Assembly: GCA_963848295.1 (NCBI GenBank) | Contig: CAWKDB010000010.1 | Span: forward strand, 320,001 to 384,000 | Direction of reading: 5' to 3' | Length of the DNA: 64,000 bases | Origin: an uncultured delta proteobacterium | GTDB lineage: Bacteria; Myxococcota_A; Polyangia; Haliangiales; Haliangiaceae | In this document: one piece after another, positions 50,317-60,966 of the stretch | How positions within the stretch are numbered: position 1 is the first letter of the stretch | How the letters are laid out: each line of letters starts with the position of its first letter | The notes under the pieces: generated by a model | Databases searched by the model: none | Seen by the model: the letters and a program-made list of their open reading frames with translations, nothing else | Told to the model about the DNA's origin: nothing | Position numbers and translations under genes: made by a program

Positions 50317-50993
50317 CGTCCGAGCTCGAGCTCCCCGACCTCCCGCGGTGGGTCGAAGCGCATGGCGTCGCCGAAGATCGGGACGGCTGGCGCGAGCCGG
50401 TCGGCGGTGGGCTCGCGATCGGCCACGACGCGACGCGCGTGATCATCATCGTCGGCGAGGCCGAGGTCGATGCGACCGTGGCGCTGGTCGCCGCTCGGCC
50501 GAGCCACGCCGTCGTGTTCGGCGGCGAGCGCGGCGATCTCGTCGCGGCGTTCGAGGCGCGTGGTCGGTTCGTCGAGCGGGTCATCGTTCACACGCTCGCC
50601 GACGCCGATGCGCTGCCCGATCTCGACGGCGCCGCGTTACTCGGCGAGACCGCGGTGCCCGACGTTCCGCCCGCGCTCGCGGCCGAGCTCGCGTGGGCTC
50701 GCGCGCGCGGCCCGATCTGGGCGGTGTGGGTCGACGACGCGCCGCAGAGCTTCGCCTACGCGCTGTGGCGCAGCGCCGGTTGGTTCGACATCACGATCGA
50801 GACCCTGCCCGGCTATCGCCAGCTCGGGCTCGGCACGATCGCGGTGACCGCGATGATCCGCGCCGAACGCGCCGCCGGGCGCGAGCCGGTGTGGGCCGCC
50901 GACGAGCACAACGCCGCATCGCTCGCGCTAGCGCGCCGCCTCGGCTTCACGCCGAGCGACGAGGTCTGGGTCGCTGCAGGAGCGCAGGGCTGA
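50313..50993 (+). CDS. GNAT-family N-acetyltransferase
   Basis: TLPGYRQLGLG and NAASLALARRLGF; GTGA overlap with the kinase stop. Confidence 0.85.
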   Translation: MTSELELPDLPRWVEAHGVAEDRDGWREPVGGGLAIGHDATRVIIIVGEAEVDATVALVAARPSHAVVFGGERGDLVAAFEARGRFVERVIVHTLADADALPDLDGAALLGETAVPDVPPALAAELAWARARGPIWAVWVDDAPQSFAYALWRSAGWFDITIETLPGYRQLGLGTIAVTAMIRAERAAGREPVWAADEHNAASLALARRLGFTPSDEVWVAAGAQG

Positions 50994-51007
50994 GCCGCGC
51001 GGCCGCA

Positions 51008-51628
51008 GTGCTGGCGACGATCGCGCTCGCGACCCCCGCTCGCGCCGAGCCGTCCGATCGCGACGTCGTGCTCGCCGGGATCGCGATGGCGCCGCCGATG
51101 TACGTCCTCGGCGTGTCGTTGCACGAGGGCAGCCACGCGCTCGCCGCCGAGCTCGTGGGCGCGAAGGTCGACGAGCTCCACCTGTTCCCGCCCGGCCGCG
51201 ATCCCCACGTCGGTGCGTTTCGGTTTGGTTGGACCTATGTCCACGGACTGTCCACGCGGCGGGCCCAAGAATTGTTCTACCTCGCGCCGAAGATCACCGA
51301 TGTCGCGCTGCTCGGCGGGTTCGCCGCGCTCGTGTACTCCGGCGCCTGGCCGCACGACCGCTACGGCTCGGTCGCGCTGACCGTCGTCGGCACCGGGCTG
51401 TGGGTCGATTTCGCCAAGGACGTCGCGCTGTTCTCACCGAACAACGACGTCACGAAGGCTCTCGACCTATGGTGCATGAAGGGCTGGCGGCAGCTACCGG
51501 CGCGGCTGGTCTATGCCGCGGCTGCGGTCGGGCTCGGCTTCATCGTCGCCCATGCCTACCAGCGGACGTTCGAACGCGATCCCGCCCCCGCAAATCCTAC
51601 CGTCCCGGTGTTCGCGGCGAGCTTTTAG
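51008..51628 (+). CDS. Membrane metallopeptidase, M50-like (HExxH)
   Basis: LHEGSHALAA within a hydrophobic segment, FYLAP, PNND motif. Start uncertain. Confidence 0.65.
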   Translation: MLATIALATPARAEPSDRDVVLAGIAMAPPMYVLGVSLHEGSHALAAELVGAKVDELHLFPPGRDPHVGAFRFGWTYVHGLSTRRAQELFYLAPKITDVALLGGFAALVYSGAWPHDRYGSVALTVVGTGLWVDFAKDVALFSPNNDVTKALDLWCMKGWRQLPARLVYAAAAVGLGFIVAHAYQRTFERDPAPANPTVPVFAASF

Positions 51629-51668
51629 TGCGTTGCAGTCGCTCGCCTGGCTATGCGATGGTCCGCCG

Positions 51669-52052
51669 ATGAAGACCATCGCGACCATCGTCCTGTCCCT
51701 GACGCTCGCCTTCGCGGCGTCTCCCGCCCGAGCCGGCGACGCCAAGGACGTCGAACCGGCCTCGGTAAAGAAGTTCCTCGCGTTCTTCGACAAGCTCGCC
51801 GACACGATCGTGGCCGACAAGGACAGCTGCCCGAGGATGGCCAAGGACGTCAACTCACTCGTCGACGCGAACCAAGATCTGCTCAAGATCGCGGCTCAGG
51901 CCGACAAGGACGGCAAGAAGATGCCGGACGAAGCGCAGAAGCACATGAAGGACACGCTGAACAAGATGCTCCCCGCGATGATGAAGTGCAAAGACGACAA
52001 AGAAGTGATGTCGGCGTTTAAGCGGCTCGATGTGAAGCACACCGCGAAGTAG
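51669..52052 (+). CDS. Secreted small helical hypothetical protein
   Basis: Signal peptide MKTIATIVLSLTLAFAASPARA, K/D-rich, two Cys, strong coding bias. Confidence 0.8.
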   Translation: MKTIATIVLSLTLAFAASPARAGDAKDVEPASVKKFLAFFDKLADTIVADKDSCPRMAKDVNSLVDANQDLLKIAAQADKDGKKMPDEAQKHMKDTLNKMLPAMMKCKDDKEVMSAFKRLDVKHTAK

Positions 52053-52982
52053 CTATTGCTTCGCCGCGTGCTTGTCGGCGCGGCGCTGCCCGAACAGCAT
52101 CTGCTTCTCGAGATGCGCGCGCAGCGCGGCGTAGAACTCTTTGAGGAAGCGCTCGTCGTCGCGCACGACCTCGGCGTAGTCGAGCTTGGCGCGGATCTTC
52201 TCGGACACCGTGCGGACCGCTTCCCAGTAGCCGAGGTCGCTGGCGTTCTGGCGCAGCACGCCCTCGAGCACTTGCAGCTCGAAGACGCCGTAGATCGCGA
52301 GCTGCGCGTCGCTGAACGCGAACGCCGGCCCGCGCGGCGCGACCGGCCCGATCTCGGGCGCCTCCGAGCCACCCGTCAAGTCGGGGAGCAGCACGACCTT
52401 GGGTTGGACCACGACGCGCGTGCCGGCGATCAGATCGCCGATCCGCAGCCTGTCCTTGTTGAACAGCGGCATCAGCAAGAACACGAACATCCACGCGACC
52501 GCGACGAGCATCGCCCAGCGCGGTGCATCGGGCCACAGCAGATGGCTGACGAGCAAGAAGCGCAGCGGCGTCCAGATCTCGAGCTCGCGGATCAAGTTGC
52601 GCGCGAGCACCGACGACGCCTCGAGTTGGCCGCCGCGCGCATCGATGACGCGGATGCCGATCCGGCGCTTGCCGGGGGTCTGGCCCTGCCAGCGAAGCTC
52701 GAAGAACGCGAAGTAGAAGTTGACGACGAGAAACGACACGATCGTGACCACCGCGCGCAGCCAGCTCGCACCGCGGCCCGCCGCGGTCGATAACGCGATC
52801 GCGATCGCGGCGACGACCACGAGCTGGAGGATCGCGTCGAGCACGAACGCGGCGGCGCGATCGCCCGCGCCCGCGAGCTTGAACCGCAATGCGATCCCCT
52901 CGGGCGTGACCAGCTCGCGCACGAGCTTGTCGCTCGCGAGGTCGCGCAGGCCCGGCACGAGCGGATCGTCCACGCCGGTCAC
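52053..52982 (-). CDS. RDD-family membrane protein
   Basis: VTPEGIAL..AGAGDRAAAFVLD, GQTPGKR, RIGDLIAGTRVV. Confidence 0.9.
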   Translation of the reverse strand: MTGVDDPLVPGLRDLASDKLVRELVTPEGIALRFKLAGAGDRAAAFVLDAILQLVVVAAIAIALSTAAGRGASWLRAVVTIVSFLVVNFYFAFFELRWQGQTPGKRRIGIRVIDARGGQLEASSVLARNLIRELEIWTPLRFLLVSHLLWPDAPRWAMLVAVAWMFVFLLMPLFNKDRLRIGDLIAGTRVVVQPKVVLLPDLTGGSEAPEIGPVAPRGPAFAFSDAQLAIYGVFELQVLEGVLRQNASDLGYWEAVRTVSEKIRAKLDYAEVVRDDERFLKEFYAALRAHLEKQMLFGQRRADKHAAKQ

Positions 52983-53998
52983 GCGCCGCCTCGCTCGAGT
53001 CGGTCGCGCGCCCGCCCGCACAGGCCGAAGTACGCGAGCCACGACGCGGCGGTGACCGCGGCGACGGCGTAGCGCACCTCGATGTCGGACACGAGCTGAC
53101 GAAAGATGCCCTCGATCAAGCCGGCGACGAACAGCATGATCACCGCGCCGACGACGAGGATCGCGGCGTGACGACCGCGATCGCGCAGCGCCTCGAGCCG
53201 CGGCTGCGCGCCCGGGAACACGAGCCCGTGGGCGAGCAAGAACCCCCCGGCGCCGCACAAGATCACCGCGGTCAGCTCGGTCACGCCGTGAGGCAGGAGC
53301 CATCCCCACAAGTCCCAGCCGAGCCCGCGCGAAGCGTAGAGCGCCGCGAAGGCACCGAGCGTCAGGCCGTTGTAGAACAGCAGCACCAGCGTGGGCAGCC
53401 CCGCGACGAAGCCGAGCGCGAACGCGAGGATCCCGATCCGCGCGTTGTGCGAGAACAGATCGGCGGCGAACGTGCCGAGCACCTCCGACGTGCTCTCGCT
53501 GCGGTACAGACCGTCGCGCAGCTCGGTCGTCGACGACGCCGGCGTCCGACCTTGCGCCATGTCTCCGGCGAACGCGTAGTAGTAGTCGGGGTTGTCGCGG
53601 GTCAGCGAGTACGCCATCGCGGCACCCGCCACGGTGATCGCGCTCGCGAACAAGATGTGCCAGCGCGCGGCGCGCACGCTCGCCGGCCACCGCCAGGTGA
53701 AGAAGTCGGCGAGCTTGCGGCCGACGTGTTGCCGCGTGCCGTAGACCACGAAGTACGCGCGACCGACGAGGCTCTCGAGGTAAAGGACCAGCGCGCGATC
53801 GAGCGAGATCGAGCGCGCGACCGAGAGCGACGACAGCGTCGCGCGATAGAGATGGGGCAGGCGCGCGAGCTGCTCGGCGGTCAGCCGGCGCAAGCCCTTC
53901 GTATCGACGAGCCGGATCAGCTCCTCGAGCTCGCGCCACGACGCTTCGCGCTCGCGCCGGAACTCCACCGATCGGATCGTCGCGCCGGCGCCGGTCAC
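52979..53998 (-). CDS. Stage II sporulation protein M (SpoIIM/DUF95)-family membrane protein
   Basis: FRREREASWRELE, LFSHNARI, LLPHGVTELTA, AGLIEG. Confidence 0.9.
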   Translation of the reverse strand: MTGAGATIRSVEFRREREASWRELEELIRLVDTKGLRRLTAEQLARLPHLYRATLSSLSVARSISLDRALVLYLESLVGRAYFVVYGTRQHVGRKLADFFTWRWPASVRAARWHILFASAITVAGAAMAYSLTRDNPDYYYAFAGDMAQGRTPASSTTELRDGLYRSESTSEVLGTFAADLFSHNARIGILAFALGFVAGLPTLVLLFYNGLTLGAFAALYASRGLGWDLWGWLLPHGVTELTAVILCGAGGFLLAHGLVFPGAQPRLEALRDRGRHAAILVVGAVIMLFVAGLIEGIFRQLVSDIEVRYAVAAVTAASWLAYFGLCGRARDRLERGGA

Positions 53999-55314
53999 AA
54001 CAGCTCCCTGCGCTTGATGTCGAGGTAGCGGTTGACCAGGGCCATCGAGAACTCACCTGGGGTCGCGTCGATGCAATGCGCGCCGGCGCGGCGCAGTCGT
54101 TCGATCACGATGTCGCGCTCGCGCGAGAAGTCGGTCGCGACGACCGCCTGGTGCAGGGCATCGAGCGTGCGCGGTCGGGCGAGAGCGCGCGCCTCGAGCG
54201 ACGGATCCTTGACCGCGACGAACAGCACGAGATGGCGGCGCGCGAGCCGGGTCACGTTCTCGATCATCAGCTCGGCGGTGACCGTGTCCAGAACATCGGT
54301 GAACAGCACGACGAGCGAGCGCCGGTGCAACCGCGTCCACAGCTCGGCGAACGTCAGCGTGAAGTTGGTCTCGACTCGACGGTAAGCGATCTCGGCCGAC
54401 AGCGCCTGCAGCTTGTGGAAGGTCTGCATGCCGCCTGCGGGCGCGGCCCAGGTCCGGATCCGTTCGTCGAACCCGAGCAGGCCGACGCGATCGCCGGTGC
54501 GCAAGCAGAACCAGCCGAGCAAGATCGCCGCGTTGATCGCGTGATCGAGCTTCGGCACGCCCGCGATCGGCTCGTTCATCAGTTGACCGCCGTCGACGGC
54601 GAGCACGACCTGGTGGTTGCGCTCGGCCCGGAACTCCTGACACAGCAGCTTGCGATGGCGCGCCGACGCCTTCCAATCGATCGCGCGGTAATCGAGACCG
54701 GGCACGTAGTCACGCAGTGATTCGAACTCGGTGCCGTCGCCGAGGTAGCGCTCGACCTTGAGCCCGGCCATGAAGTTGCGATCGGCGAACATCCGCAGCG
54801 CGATCGCTCGCACCGCGCCGAGGTTCGGTCCGACCTTGACCTTGCGATCGATGGGGACGGCCGCGGTTCGCTCGACGAGGCCGAGCGGCCCGGTCCATCG
54901 CGCGTACAGCGTGCGCAGCGCGTGCTCGCCGCGCCGGCGCGGCAGCAACGTGAGCTCGACGGTCGCTCTCGAGGGCCGACTCGCAGCGCCGAACCTCGCC
55001 TCGAGCGGCGGCTGCGGCTCGAGCTCGGCGTCGAGCTCGGCGACGAGCTGCACCGGCGTCGGGCGGCGCCAACGCGCGACCAGCGCGATCGTCGCGACTC
55101 CGCTCTCGCCGATGAAGAGCTGATCCGGCAGGTGGGCGGTGATCGCGAGCCTGCGCCGCGGCAAGCCGAGCACGAAGTCGATGCCGGCGAGCAAGATCGC
55201 GGCGCCGAGGAACGACAGCCACACCGTCCATAGCCGAGGCGAGATCGCGACCGCGGTCAAGGACAGCGGAATCCCCGCGAGAAACACGAGCAAGCAGCGG
55301 AGCGTGGGACGCAT
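53995..55314 (-). CDS. DUF58 (vWA-like) domain protein
   Basis: GDGTEFESLRDYVPG..RAIDWKASAR, GDRVGL, LVVLFTD. Confidence 0.92.
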   Translation of the reverse strand: MRPTLRCLLVFLAGIPLSLTAVAISPRLWTVWLSFLGAAILLAGIDFVLGLPRRRLAITAHLPDQLFIGESGVATIALVARWRRPTPVQLVAELDAELEPQPPLEARFGAASRPSRATVELTLLPRRRGEHALRTLYARWTGPLGLVERTAAVPIDRKVKVGPNLGAVRAIALRMFADRNFMAGLKVERYLGDGTEFESLRDYVPGLDYRAIDWKASARHRKLLCQEFRAERNHQVVLAVDGGQLMNEPIAGVPKLDHAINAAILLGWFCLRTGDRVGLLGFDERIRTWAAPAGGMQTFHKLQALSAEIAYRRVETNFTLTFAELWTRLHRRSLVVLFTDVLDTVTAELMIENVTRLARRHLVLFVAVKDPSLEARALARPRTLDALHQAVVATDFSRERDIVIERLRRAGAHCIDATPGEFSMALVNRYLDIKRRELL

Positions 55315-55317
55315 GCG

Positions 55318-56274
55318 TCAGCGCGGCGCTGGGACCTGCTCGATGATCTGGCGCACGACGGCTTCGGTCGTCAGGCCTTCGATCTCGGCGCTCGGCGCGA
55401 GCACGAGGCGGTGGCGCAGCGCCGGGACGGCGAGCGCCTTGACGTCGTCGGGCAGCACGAACTCGCGGCCGTTGATCGCCGCGAGCGCCCGGCTCGCGGT
55501 CGCGAGCATCGTCGCCGCACGCGGGGATGCGCCATACGCGATCGCCGGACGTTCGCGTGTCGTCCGCACGACGTCGACGATGTAGTCGAGGATCGGATCG
55601 GACAGCACGATCGTCGCGACCACGTCGCGCATGGCCGCGATCGTCGCGAGGTCGGCGACCGGCTTGACCTCGAAGTCGGCGAGGTTCGGCATCGTCGTGC
55701 GATGGCCATGGCGCACGACGATCGCGCGCTCTTCGTCGCGACTCGGGTAGCCCATGATGACCTTGAACAGAAAGCGATCGAGCTGCGCCTCGGGCAGCGG
55801 GTACGTGCCCTCTTGCTCGATCGGGTTCTGCGTCGCGATCACCATGAACCCTTCACCGAGGTCGTGGGTCGTGCCGTCGACCGTCGTCGCGCGCTCTTGC
55901 ATCGCCTGGAGCAACGCGGCCTGGGTCTTCGGCGGGGTCCGGTTGATCTCGTCGGCGAGCAGCAGGTCGGTGAAGATCGGCCCCTTCGTCAGCGTGAACG
56001 TGTTCGTCTGAAAGTTGAACAGATTCGTGCCGATGATGTCGCCCGGCATCAGATCGGGCGTGAACTGAACGCGGCCGAACTGCAACGACAACCCGCTCGC
56101 GAACGTGCGGGCGAGCAGCGTCTTCGCGACGCCGGGCACGCCCTCGAACAAGACGTGGCCCTCGCACAACAACGCGACCATCAGCAGATCGATCGCGTGA
56201 TCTTGGCCGACGACGACGCGATGCACCTGCTCGCGCAGCTGGGTGGTGAGATCACGAATGCTTGCAAGGTCCAT
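55318..56274 (-). CDS. MoxR-family AAA+ ATPase
   Basis: [63 protein letters not shown]. Confidence 0.96.
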   Translation of the reverse strand: MDLASIRDLTTQLREQVHRVVVGQDHAIDLLMVALLCEGHVLFEGVPGVAKTLLARTFASGLSLQFGRVQFTPDLMPGDIIGTNLFNFQTNTFTLTKGPIFTDLLLADEINRTPPKTQAALLQAMQERATTVDGTTHDLGEGFMVIATQNPIEQEGTYPLPEAQLDRFLFKVIMGYPSRDEERAIVVRHGHRTTMPNLADFEVKPVADLATIAAMRDVVATIVLSDPILDYIVDVVRTTRERPAIAYGASPRAATMLATASRALAAINGREFVLPDDVKALAVPALRHRLVLAPSAEIEGLTTEAVVRQIIEQVPAPR

Positions 56275-57496
56275 GGATCATCTCCGAACGCCAGCGATAG
56301 ATCTGGTCGGCGAGCTCGAGCAGCCGCTGCGTAGAACCGCCCGCGGCGACGTCGGCTTGCAGGCCAGGCAACGAGATGGTCACGCCGCGCACTCCGCGGA
56401 TGCGCTCGAGCCATGCGGTGATCGCGGCCGGCGTCAGGCCGTCGGGCGCGTGCAACGAGCGGGTCACCGCGGTGACGTTGACCGCGAGGTAACGGCGCAG
56501 CGCCTCGACGTGATGGCCACCGAACCCGAGCAGGCCGGCGGTGTTGCGGATCAAGAAGTCTTTGCCCGGCGCGATCGGCGGCGGCGCAGCGCGCAGCGGA
56601 CCGAACCGAACCAGCGCGGCCCAGATCACGAGCAGCGCGCAGATCATGATCTGCACGGTCGCGAGCACGACCGGGAAGCCGAGCAACACGTGCATCAGGC
56701 TCGGATTCTGTGCGTAGCGCCGGCCGTGGATGCTCTCGTCGATCACCACCGGGCCATCGCCGCGCAGCCGATCGATCAGCGACACCACGAACCGCGCGTT
56801 CTCTGGGTGGCGCAGACCGGCGTTGTTGATGACGTCGGGGTCCGCGAGGATCCACAGCTCGATCCCGTCCACCTTCGCGTGGCCGAGCAGCGCGTGACCG
56901 CCGTCGAACACGTCGCTCGTGAAGTCGGCGTCGCGGGGCACGTCGAGGAACTGCGCGAGCGCGACGGTCGGGCTGGAAAACCCTTCGTCGTTCGCCCACC
57001 GCGCCGGCGGCCGATCGCGGGCGATGCGCGGCGCCAGCGCGAGCGCAGCGAGCACGTCGTCGACCTCGTCGACCGAGACCAGGTGCGCCGAATCGATCCA
57101 CGGCGAGTCCGCGGTCCACCGTCCGTACCACTTCGGCAGCACCACGAGCACGCGCCGCGCGCCCGCGATCTCGCGCCGCAGCTCGGGCACCGACCGACTG
57201 CGCGGCTCGGCGATCACGAGCAGCCCCTCGCTCGCCTGCTCGCCGCCGCCGCGCTGGGTGACCACGACCGGGATGTCGAGCTTGCCGAGCAACTCGACGA
57301 GCCCTTTGTGACCGATCGCCGACACCGAGTACGCGTCGCTCGTCGCCGAGGTCGACTGCTCGGCCGGATCGCGGCTGATCACGGTGAGCACGATCGCGGT
57401 GGCGAGCGATACGACCGCGACGCCGATCACGACCCACAGCGTGACCTTCGAGAACGGGCCGGCACCCTCGAGCGAGTCGACCGGCTCGGGCGTCAC
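56252..57496 (-). CDS. DUF4350-like membrane-anchored protein
   Basis: Two TMs, [37 protein letters not shown]; position in the MoxR operon. Confidence 0.75.
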   Translation of the reverse strand: MTPEPVDSLEGAGPFSKVTLWVVIGVAVVSLATAIVLTVISRDPAEQSTSATSDAYSVSAIGHKGLVELLGKLDIPVVVTQRGGGEQASEGLLVIAEPRSRSVPELRREIAGARRVLVVLPKWYGRWTADSPWIDSAHLVSVDEVDDVLAALALAPRIARDRPPARWANDEGFSSPTVALAQFLDVPRDADFTSDVFDGGHALLGHAKVDGIELWILADPDVINNAGLRHPENARFVVSLIDRLRGDGPVVIDESIHGRRYAQNPSLMHVLLGFPVVLATVQIMICALLVIWAALVRFGPLRAAPPPIAPGKDFLIRNTAGLLGFGGHHVEALRRYLAVNVTAVTRSLHAPDGLTPAAITAWLERIRGVRGVTISLPGLQADVAAGGSTQRLLELADQIYRWRSEMIHGPCKHS

Positions 57497-58239
57497 GCGC
57501 GTGCTCCTTGCGCGCGAAACGCCGCCGCGAACACCTGGAATTGCGCTCGGCAGCGTGCGAAGTCATCGGCGCTCGCGACGTCGCCGCCGAAAAACGTCAG
57601 CTCGACCGCGGTGATCAGGCCCGACAGCGCATCGCGCGAATCGGTCAGCAGCGGCACGCGCGCGAGGATCTCGCGGCTGGTGTGTGCGGGCGAGACGCGC
57701 ACCGACGACGCGCGGACGAGCTCCTGCAGCGTCCGCAACAACAGCGCGTGGATCGCCTCGCTATACCGGCCGTCGTTCGCGAGCACGTCGGCATCGTCGA
57801 GTGGGCGGTCGACGACGGCAAGATCGAGCGGCGCTGGTGCCGTCGAGTCGCCCGCGAGCTCGACGTCGTCGCCGCCGTACTTGACGAGCTCGGTCGTGAG
57901 CCAGAACGCGAGCAGAACTACTGCCACCGCGATCACACCCCACATCAGGAAACTGAGGATCCGGCCGACCGGCCCGGAGCTCGCGTCGTCGTCCTCGTGG
58001 CGGCGATCGGGGCCGCGATCGGGCTCGGAGCGATCCGGCTCGTTCGCGCTGCCGCGATCTGCCTCGCTGCGGTCATGACGCGCTTGGTCGGGCCGCGGCG
58101 GCGTCGTATCCGCTGGCAGCTCCTTCTGATAGCGATCGTCGAGCACGGCGGCGCGCGCATGCTCCACGCGATCCCCGTCGGCAGACGCCCGGGGCGACGC
58201 CGCGAGCAGCACGACCGCGATCGGCACCCAAAGCCGCAC
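57493..58239 (-). CDS. DUF4129-like protein
   Basis: Signal peptide, YQKELP, TM, GRYSEAIHALL..TSREIL..VELTFFGG; first gene of the MoxR operon. Confidence 0.75.
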   Translation of the reverse strand: MRLWVPIAVVLLAASPRASADGDRVEHARAAVLDDRYQKELPADTTPPRPDQARHDRSEADRGSANEPDRSEPDRGPDRRHEDDDASSGPVGRILSFLMWGVIAVAVVLLAFWLTTELVKYGGDDVELAGDSTAPAPLDLAVVDRPLDDADVLANDGRYSEAIHALLLRTLQELVRASSVRVSPAHTSREILARVPLLTDSRDALSGLITAVELTFFGGDVASADDFARCRAQFQVFAAAFRAQGARA

Positions 58240-58335
58240 GCCATACCATCGCACACAAGTCCTGTCCGGGACTCCGACAGCTGCCGGGGATCCTGGCAGT
58301 CCAACTGGCCCGAATCGCGCGTCGCCCACCGGGGC

Positions 58336-58473
58336 ATGGCGCTTGCTGGTGAGCGGCCCATGCTGTCCATGGTGTTCGCTCTCGCGCTCGCGACCGCGGT
58401 TGGCAACGTCGCCGCGATCGGGCGACTCATGGGCGTCGCGCGCGCGCTGGACGACGGCCCTACCGTGCGCTGA
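58336..58473 (+). CDS. Possible 45-aa hydrophobic mini-protein
   Basis: MALAGERPMLSMVFALALATAVGNVAAIGRLMGVARALDDGPTVR, preceded by TGGCCCGAATCGCGC (GG-N10-GC, 58306-20) and two palindromes. Confidence 0.4.
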   Translation: MALAGERPMLSMVFALALATAVGNVAAIGRLMGVARALDDGPTVR

Positions 58474-60952
58474 CCGTCGCTGCGCCCGCCACTTTGATCC
58501 ACAAGGTGCCGCCGGTCGCCGGCTCCCAGAACCAGCCGGAGGTCGCCGCGATCGCCGCGGCTCGGCTCGCCAGCTCGGGCACCGCGACACCGTCGACCAT
58601 CACGACGGTCGGCGCTGCGGTCGCGATCACCTCGAATACCGCGCCTTCGCCGAACACCGAGCCCGGCGTGAACTGCAGCGCGAGCGCCCCGCCGACCGGT
58701 TGCTGCTGCGCGATCACCGAGCCGTCGTAGACCGTGAACTGCGAGGGGGTCGCGGCCGGCGCGACCCGCAGCCACAACGCGCCCGGATCGTTCGCGAACG
58801 AATCTATCGGCGAGCTCGCCGGCACCGGCGCGGTCGTATCGATCGTATCGCGCAGCATCGGCACGATCGCGCCTCGGGCGAGGAACAGCGGCAACGTGTC
58901 GAGGTCCGCGTCGATCGTGATGTCACCACCTCCGGCGTACGGCGTACCGGTCCACCAATCGAGCCAGGTCCCCGGCGGCAACAACAAGCTGCGCGACGTC
59001 GCGCCCGCCGCGACGATCGGCGCGGCCACGATCGAGTCGCCGAACAGATATTCGTCGTCGGGGAACTCGCCGAGCGATGGGAACGCCAGCCCGATCGCGC
59101 GCGCGATCGGACGGCCGGTCACCGCGATCGCCTGGGCGTACGTCCACGCGTACGGATAGAGCCGCATGTGCAGGCTCGCGTACTTCTGATACGTGTCGAT
59201 CGAGGCCTGCGTCCGTCCGTTGGCGGCCGTGAGCTCCCACGGCATCTCGCTCGACGCATCGCCGACCTCCATCGCCGCGTTCACCGCGTTCGCTTCGACC
59301 CAGCGCAGCCAGGTCTCGTTGTCGGCCGGCGCGTGACGATAGCCGCCGGTGTCCGACGCGTAGAACGGAAAGCCCGACGCCGACAAGCCGAGGCCCTTGA
59401 CGACCGCCGCCGGCAAGCCGCCGACCGCCGACGTCGACTGACCGGTGATCGTGTCGCCCTGGCGCGCGAAGCTCGCGTCGAGATCGCCGGGCCAGATGAT
59501 CATGCCGCGCGTTTGATCGCCCCACCGGCCGGTCCGGCACAGCAGGAACCCGCCGGCTTGCGGCAGCTGATCGCGATACGCCTGGTGATAGAGCAGCTGA
59601 TAGCGATAGTGCATCGTGTCTTCGTCGCTGCCGTCGGCGAACCGCCACGGCACGCGCTTGCCGTTGAGGCCGACGACGACATCCTCGGCGTAGTCGAGCT
59701 TGTAACCCTCGATGCCCATCGCGGTGTAGATCGCGAGGTTCTGCTGCCACCACGCATACGCGTCGGGGTTCGTGAAGTCGATCGGTTCGCTCCACGGGTT
59801 GACCTGCACGCCGACGATCGGCGGAAAATAGCCGTGCGCCGTGGCATAGGCGTTCTGCACCGGCGCCGGATCGGTGTTGGTGCCAGCGGCGGTGTACGGC
59901 GAGTGCCACACCGCGTAGCGCAACCCAGCGTCGTGGATCGCCTGCAACATCGCGGGCGGGTCATCGAACTTCGCGGCGGAGAAATCGAACGTCTCGACGC
60001 CGGTCGCGTACGGGCGATCGAACCACACGCCGCTGGTCGCGAGGTGGCGCGTCCGGATCTGCGAGATGTCGTCGATCATCTGCGCCTGATTCGCGGTCTC
60101 GTCGCGCCACAACAGCGGCCCGAGCGCCCACGGTGCGGGCAGCCCGGGAAAGCCGGTGATCGCGAAGTAGTGCTTCATCAGATCGAGCGGCTGGTCCTCG
60201 ACGAACAGATGAAACGCGAGCCCGTTCGGTGAATCGGCGCCGGTGCCGAACGCGACGTCGACGAGCGTATCGCTCTGGCGCGCGACGTCGAACGAACCGG
60301 GCCGCATGCTCTCGACGAACAAGCCCCAGCCGGTCGTCCCGAGCAGCAGCGGCACCGGCACGTGGTTCTCGTCGTCGCCACCTTCGGCCGACAGATCGAG
60401 CTCCATCTGCATCGGCCGCAGCTTGCCGCGATGTTGCGCGGTGTCGCCCCACTCGCCGAGGCCGTAGAACGCCTCGGTCGGGTCGCCCTCGGGCCGGATC
60501 CGATAATACGCGACCGACTGGGTGCTCGGCTCGTCGGCGACGAACTTCGCGGCAAACCCGTTCGCGCCTTCGGGCGTGAACGTCACGGTCGCGTGCACAC
60601 CACCGGCCTCGATCGCGACCGTCAGCGCGTCGGCCTGCGCGGCGCCGGCGGGCTCGAGCCGTTGCGCGGTGTGCCAGGTCAGGCCGCCCGGCGGCTCGGG
60701 CGGCGCATCGACGAACAGCCAGTACGGGTCGAAGCTGTCGCCCGCATCGAGATCGTCGACCGTGCCGATCTGAAACCCATCGGCGTGGAACGTGACGAGC
60801 GGCGTGCCGGCGCGGGCGAGCACGAGCGCACTACCATCGGCGGCGAGCGTGAGCGTCGCGTCGCCCGATGCGAGCGGGGGCACGGTCGGGAACGCGTTGT
60901 CGCCGCACGCGACGAGCCATGCAAAACCTGCGAGGACTGCGCGGCGCACCAT
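58460..60952 (-). CDS. Glycoside hydrolase family 31 lipoprotein
   Basis: Lipobox LVAC, FYGLGE, ITGFPGLPAPWALG, IDFTNPDAYAWW, GYKLDYAE (nucleophile), IWPGD (acid/base), YLFGDSIVAAP. Confidence 0.92.
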   Translation of the reverse strand: MVRRAVLAGFAWLVACGDNAFPTVPPLASGDATLTLAADGSALVLARAGTPLVTFHADGFQIGTVDDLDAGDSFDPYWLFVDAPPEPPGGLTWHTAQRLEPAGAAQADALTVAIEAGGVHATVTFTPEGANGFAAKFVADEPSTQSVAYYRIRPEGDPTEAFYGLGEWGDTAQHRGKLRPMQMELDLSAEGGDDENHVPVPLLLGTTGWGLFVESMRPGSFDVARQSDTLVDVAFGTGADSPNGLAFHLFVEDQPLDLMKHYFAITGFPGLPAPWALGPLLWRDETANQAQMIDDISQIRTRHLATSGVWFDRPYATGVETFDFSAAKFDDPPAMLQAIHDAGLRYAVWHSPYTAAGTNTDPAPVQNAYATAHGYFPPIVGVQVNPWSEPIDFTNPDAYAWWQQNLAIYTAMGIEGYKLDYAEDVVVGLNGKRVPWRFADGSDEDTMHYRYQLLYHQAYRDQLPQAGGFLLCRTGRWGDQTRGMIIWPGDLDASFARQGDTITGQSTSAVGGLPAAVVKGLGLSASGFPFYASDTGGYRHAPADNETWLRWVEANAVNAAMEVGDASSEMPWELTAANGRTQASIDTYQKYASLHMRLYPYAWTYAQAIAVTGRPIARAIGLAFPSLGEFPDDEYLFGDSIVAAPIVAAGATSRSLLLPPGTWLDWWTGTPYAGGGDITIDADLDTLPLFLARGAIVPMLRDTIDTTAPVPASSPIDSFANDPGALWLRVAPAATPSQFTVYDGSVIAQQQPVGGALALQFTPGSVFGEGAVFEVIATAAPTVVMVDGVAVPELASRAAAIAATSGWFWEPATGGTLWIKVAGAATVSAR

Positions 60953-60966
60953 GAGCGCGCAGCCTA

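Noticed and set aside
52053..58239. MoxR-DUF58-SpoIIM-RDD-DUF4350-DUF4129 operon as a novel system
   Set aside because: A widespread, previously noted gene cluster; function is poorly known but the arrangement here is ordinary.
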